A stretch of DNA of 60,078 nt from Actinomycetota bacterium (GTDB lineage: Bacteria; Actinomycetota; Aquicultoria; Aquicultorales; JAMCWL01). Below the pieces are notes generated by a model. The model searched no databases. It was not told where the DNA came from and was given only the letters and a program-made list of their open reading frames with translations. Of the stretch, positions 57,705 through 60,078 are shown piece after piece. How positions within the stretch are numbered: position 1 is the stretch's first letter; every line of letters begins with the position of its first letter. Both the position numbers and the translations under genes were made by a program. The DNA is taken from the NCBI GenBank assembly GCA_023481285.1, contig JAMCWL010000071.1, positions 1 to 60,078 on the forward strand, written 5' to 3'.

Positions 57705-59179
57705 CTTTCCGGCCTCATATGTGGAAAGCTTATGACCTCCCGGATCGAATAATTATCCGTGAGAATCATAACTAGGCGGTCTATACCCAAACCAAGACCG
57801 CCGGTTGGGGGCATGCCATATTCGAGAGCGCGGAGGAAATCCTCGTCCATCGCTTGCGCTTCCTCATCGCCAGCCTCACGAGCTTTCATCTGCTCCTCAA
57901 AGCGCTCTCTCTGCTCAATTGGATTTGTGAGCTCGGAGAAAGCCGTGCCGAGCTCCAGCCCCGCGATGACAAGCTCAAACCTTTCGGTAACATCCGGATC
58001 GTCCTCGCGCTTCCGGGCGAGCGGGCTTATTTCCACGGGATAGTCGGTAATGAAAATCGGTTGGAAGAGCCCCGGCTGGACGAGCTGCTCGAAGAGCTCG
58101 TTGATCACTCTCCCTTTTCCGAAATGCTTTTCGTAATGGACGCCCTTGTCGTCGGCGACATTTGTCAGCTCTTCCAGGGTCATGTCAAATGAGACGCCGA
58201 GGCCCGCGTAGCGCTCGATCGACTCGATCATCGTGAGGCGCTCCCAGTCGCTCGAGAGATCCAGCTCTTTCCCCTGATACGATATGTTTAGCGTCCCCCT
58301 GGCAAACTCCGCGGCCGCTTTGATCAGACCTTCTGCAAGATCCATCATGTCGCGGTAGTCGGCGTACGCCTGATAGACCTCGAGCATCGTGAATTCGGGG
58401 TTGTGCCTGACGGAGATGCCCTCGTTTCGGAAGTTCCGATTCAATTCGTAAACGCGCTCCATATCTCCCACGATCAGGCGCTTCAAGTAAAGCTCCGGCG
58501 CGACTCTCATAAAAAGATCGATGTCTAAAGCGTAGTGGTGAGTGACAAAAGGCCTAGCCGTCGCTCCACCGGGTATCGGCTGAAGCATCGGCGTCTCCAC
58601 TTCCAGAAACCCCCGCTCGTCCAGATAGCTCCTGAGCGCCTTGATAATATGGGTGCGCGTAATCAGAGTCTGGCGAGCATCTTCGTTTACGATGAGGTCC
58701 GCGTAGCGCTGGCGGAAGCGAATTTCGACGTCTTTAAGCCCGTGCCATTTTTCGGGCAGGGGCCTTAAAGACTTGGTTAGAAGTTCAAAAGATTGGACGC
58801 GTACCGATAGTTCTCCCCGACGAGTCTTCACCGCGGTGCCCCGCACTCCGACGATGTCACCGATGTCGAGGGATAGAAACTCCTCGTATCGCTCCGTCCC
58901 CATGGTATCTTCGAGCAGGTAAAGCTGGAGGCGGCCGCTTCGATCCTGGATCACGGCGAATGAGACTCTCCCGTGACGGCGAATGGTCATGATCCGCCCG
59001 GCAGTTGATATGAGATCGGCCGCTTCATCTCCGGCCGCAAGACCTCCGTACTTGGCGATGATATCGCCGAGGCGATACTCTCGCTCAAACCTGGATTTAA
59101 AGGGGTTTACTCCTACCGATGAGAGCTCATCGAGCTTTTGGCGACGCTGGCCCATCAGGTCGCTTACTTCACTATTCAC
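57695..59179 (-). CDS. lysS: Lysine--tRNA ligase (class II)
   Basis: PLPEKWHGL, FRNEG, HNPEFT and GMPPTGG motifs. Confidence 0.97.
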   Translation of the reverse strand: MNSEVSDLMGQRRQKLDELSSVGVNPFKSRFEREYRLGDIIAKYGGLAAGDEAADLISTAGRIMTIRRHGRVSFAVIQDRSGRLQLYLLEDTMGTERYEEFLSLDIGDIVGVRGTAVKTRRGELSVRVQSFELLTKSLRPLPEKWHGLKDVEIRFRQRYADLIVNEDARQTLITRTHIIKALRSYLDERGFLEVETPMLQPIPGGATARPFVTHHYALDIDLFMRVAPELYLKRLIVGDMERVYELNRNFRNEGISVRHNPEFTMLEVYQAYADYRDMMDLAEGLIKAAAEFARGTLNISYQGKELDLSSDWERLTMIESIERYAGLGVSFDMTLEELTNVADDKGVHYEKHFGKGRVINELFEQLVQPGLFQPIFITDYPVEISPLARKREDDPDVTERFELVIAGLELGTAFSELTNPIEQRERFEEQMKAREAGDEEAQAMDEDFLRALEYGMPPTGGLGLGIDRLVMILTDNYSIREVISFPHMRPESRL

Positions 59180-59193
59180 AAGCGCTCCTTGCC

Positions 59194-59310
59194 GGTACCT
59201 TAGTACCCTGGTACCTTAGTACCCTGGTAGAGTGTCTTACGTGCACTTAAACCCAGGTACACCACTCAATAATCTACCATGGCACTAAGATACTAAGTCA
59301 CCAAGGTACT
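59194..59310. repeat. 37-bp imperfect inverted repeat built from octamer units
   Basis: Arms 59194-59230 and 59274-59310, 28/37 complementary. Confidence 0.75.
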
Positions 59311-59312
59311 AG

Positions 59313-59828
59313 TTAGTGCTTCGGCCTTTTGACTTTGACGATTTTATACTCGAGGATTCCTTGCGGGACCCGAACCCGCACGATGTCGCCGGCTCTTTTG
59401 TCGATAATCGCCTGGCCCACCGGAGATTCGTTCGAGATGCGATGATTGGTTGGATCAGCCTCAACGGATCCGACGAGTTGGTACTCTTCCTGCTCACCGG
59501 ATTCACGGTCTTCGAGGAGGATGATGGAACCGAGCCCGACCCGTCCACGCACCTGCTGGCCGTTGCCGTCAATGACCTTGGCGTTACAGAGGAGTTCGTT
59601 AATCTGGATAATCCTGCCCTCGACGAAAGCTTGCTCGTTTTTAGCGTCGTCATATTCCGAATTCTCGCTCAGGTCGCCAAACTCGATGGATTGCTTGATC
59701 CGCTCGGCTATTTCCCGACGCTTTTTTGTTTCCAGGAAATGAAGTTCCTCCGTCAGTTTATTGTAACCTTCAGCCGTAAGGACGATTTCTTTTTCCAAAG
59801 TCGCTTGCTCCTCCCCGGGAAGAAACAC
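59313..59828 (-). CDS. greA: Transcription elongation factor GreA
   Basis: GDLSENSEY and ISNESPVG motifs; true start may be about 10 codons downstream. Confidence 0.95.
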   Translation of the reverse strand: MFLPGEEQATLEKEIVLTAEGYNKLTEELHFLETKKRREIAERIKQSIEFGDLSENSEYDDAKNEQAFVEGRIIQINELLCNAKVIDGNGQQVRGRVGLGSIILLEDRESGEQEEYQLVGSVEADPTNHRISNESPVGQAIIDKRAGDIVRVRVPQGILEYKIVKVKRPKH

Positions 59829-59964
59829 TAACTCTTCAGTGCCTTCTCTCGAAAACTAGCTTCGTATTATATGGAAACGCGTATGCATTGTCAAAATCAG
59901 TTTAGAGAGTACGCGAGGGGGAAAAAGTGACCCTAATCGAATATCGAGGGCGTCATATAACTTC

Positions 59965-60078
59965 CTCCCAAGCGGTCCTGCAAGATCGAATCAGGGAACC
60001 GAATGGCAGCCCTAGGGAAAGCCGTAAGGCCTACGGGAAAGGTCCCAAGCGAATGGGGGTAAACTAGGGGTATGAGCC
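59965..60078 (+). ncRNA. Candidate structured RNA, family not recognised, truncated by the window edge
   Basis: CCCTAG/CTAGGG stem enclosing a GCC-GTAA-GGC GNRA hairpin and further stems; a TATAAC -10-like hexamer lies just upstream. Confidence 0.35.

Noticed and set aside
59985..60012. SRP RNA helix 8
   Set aside because: TCAGG...GCAGC is similar but lacks the TCC-GGAA-GGA-AGCAG signature.

Overview
A 60 kb bacterial chromosome segment. ClpC and sortase signatures, together with a Firmicute-like greA-lysS-clpC-radA-disA-yacL-ispDF-gltX-cysS-rlmB-NYN-sigH run, suggest a deep-branching monoderm Actinomycetota (inference). The core backbone also includes hemW-lepA-murJ-rpsT-holA-comEC-comEA, leuS and four tRNAs (Tyr, Thr, Met, Arg). 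Accessory regions: (1) a 2928-aa secreted WapA-like Rhs toxin with a Zn-dependent PLC/S1-P1/Het-C-like tip, followed by two paralogous 4-TM immunity genes and two orphan cassettes that are variants of opposite halves of the same toxin; (2) a duplicated GT-C glycosyltransferase plus partner module between holA and rpsT; (3) a Cys-rich MarR with arsM; (4) vapBC and a decaying block (STAS, beta-propeller, two frameshifted DUF4234-like genes); (5) an HMA-AraC regulator with an ABC transporter whose ATPase carries a YHS domain; (6) a 210-bp tandem array built on the tRNA-Thr 3' end; (7) a c-type cytochrome with a QANTG cell-wall sorting signal next to a sortase-TPR fusion. Intergenic spaces hold inverted 7/8-mer hairpin elements and GTAG-type REP-like palindromes, and an unidentified structured RNA candidate lies at the right edge. 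All family assignments come from motif recognition by eye; no database searches were run.
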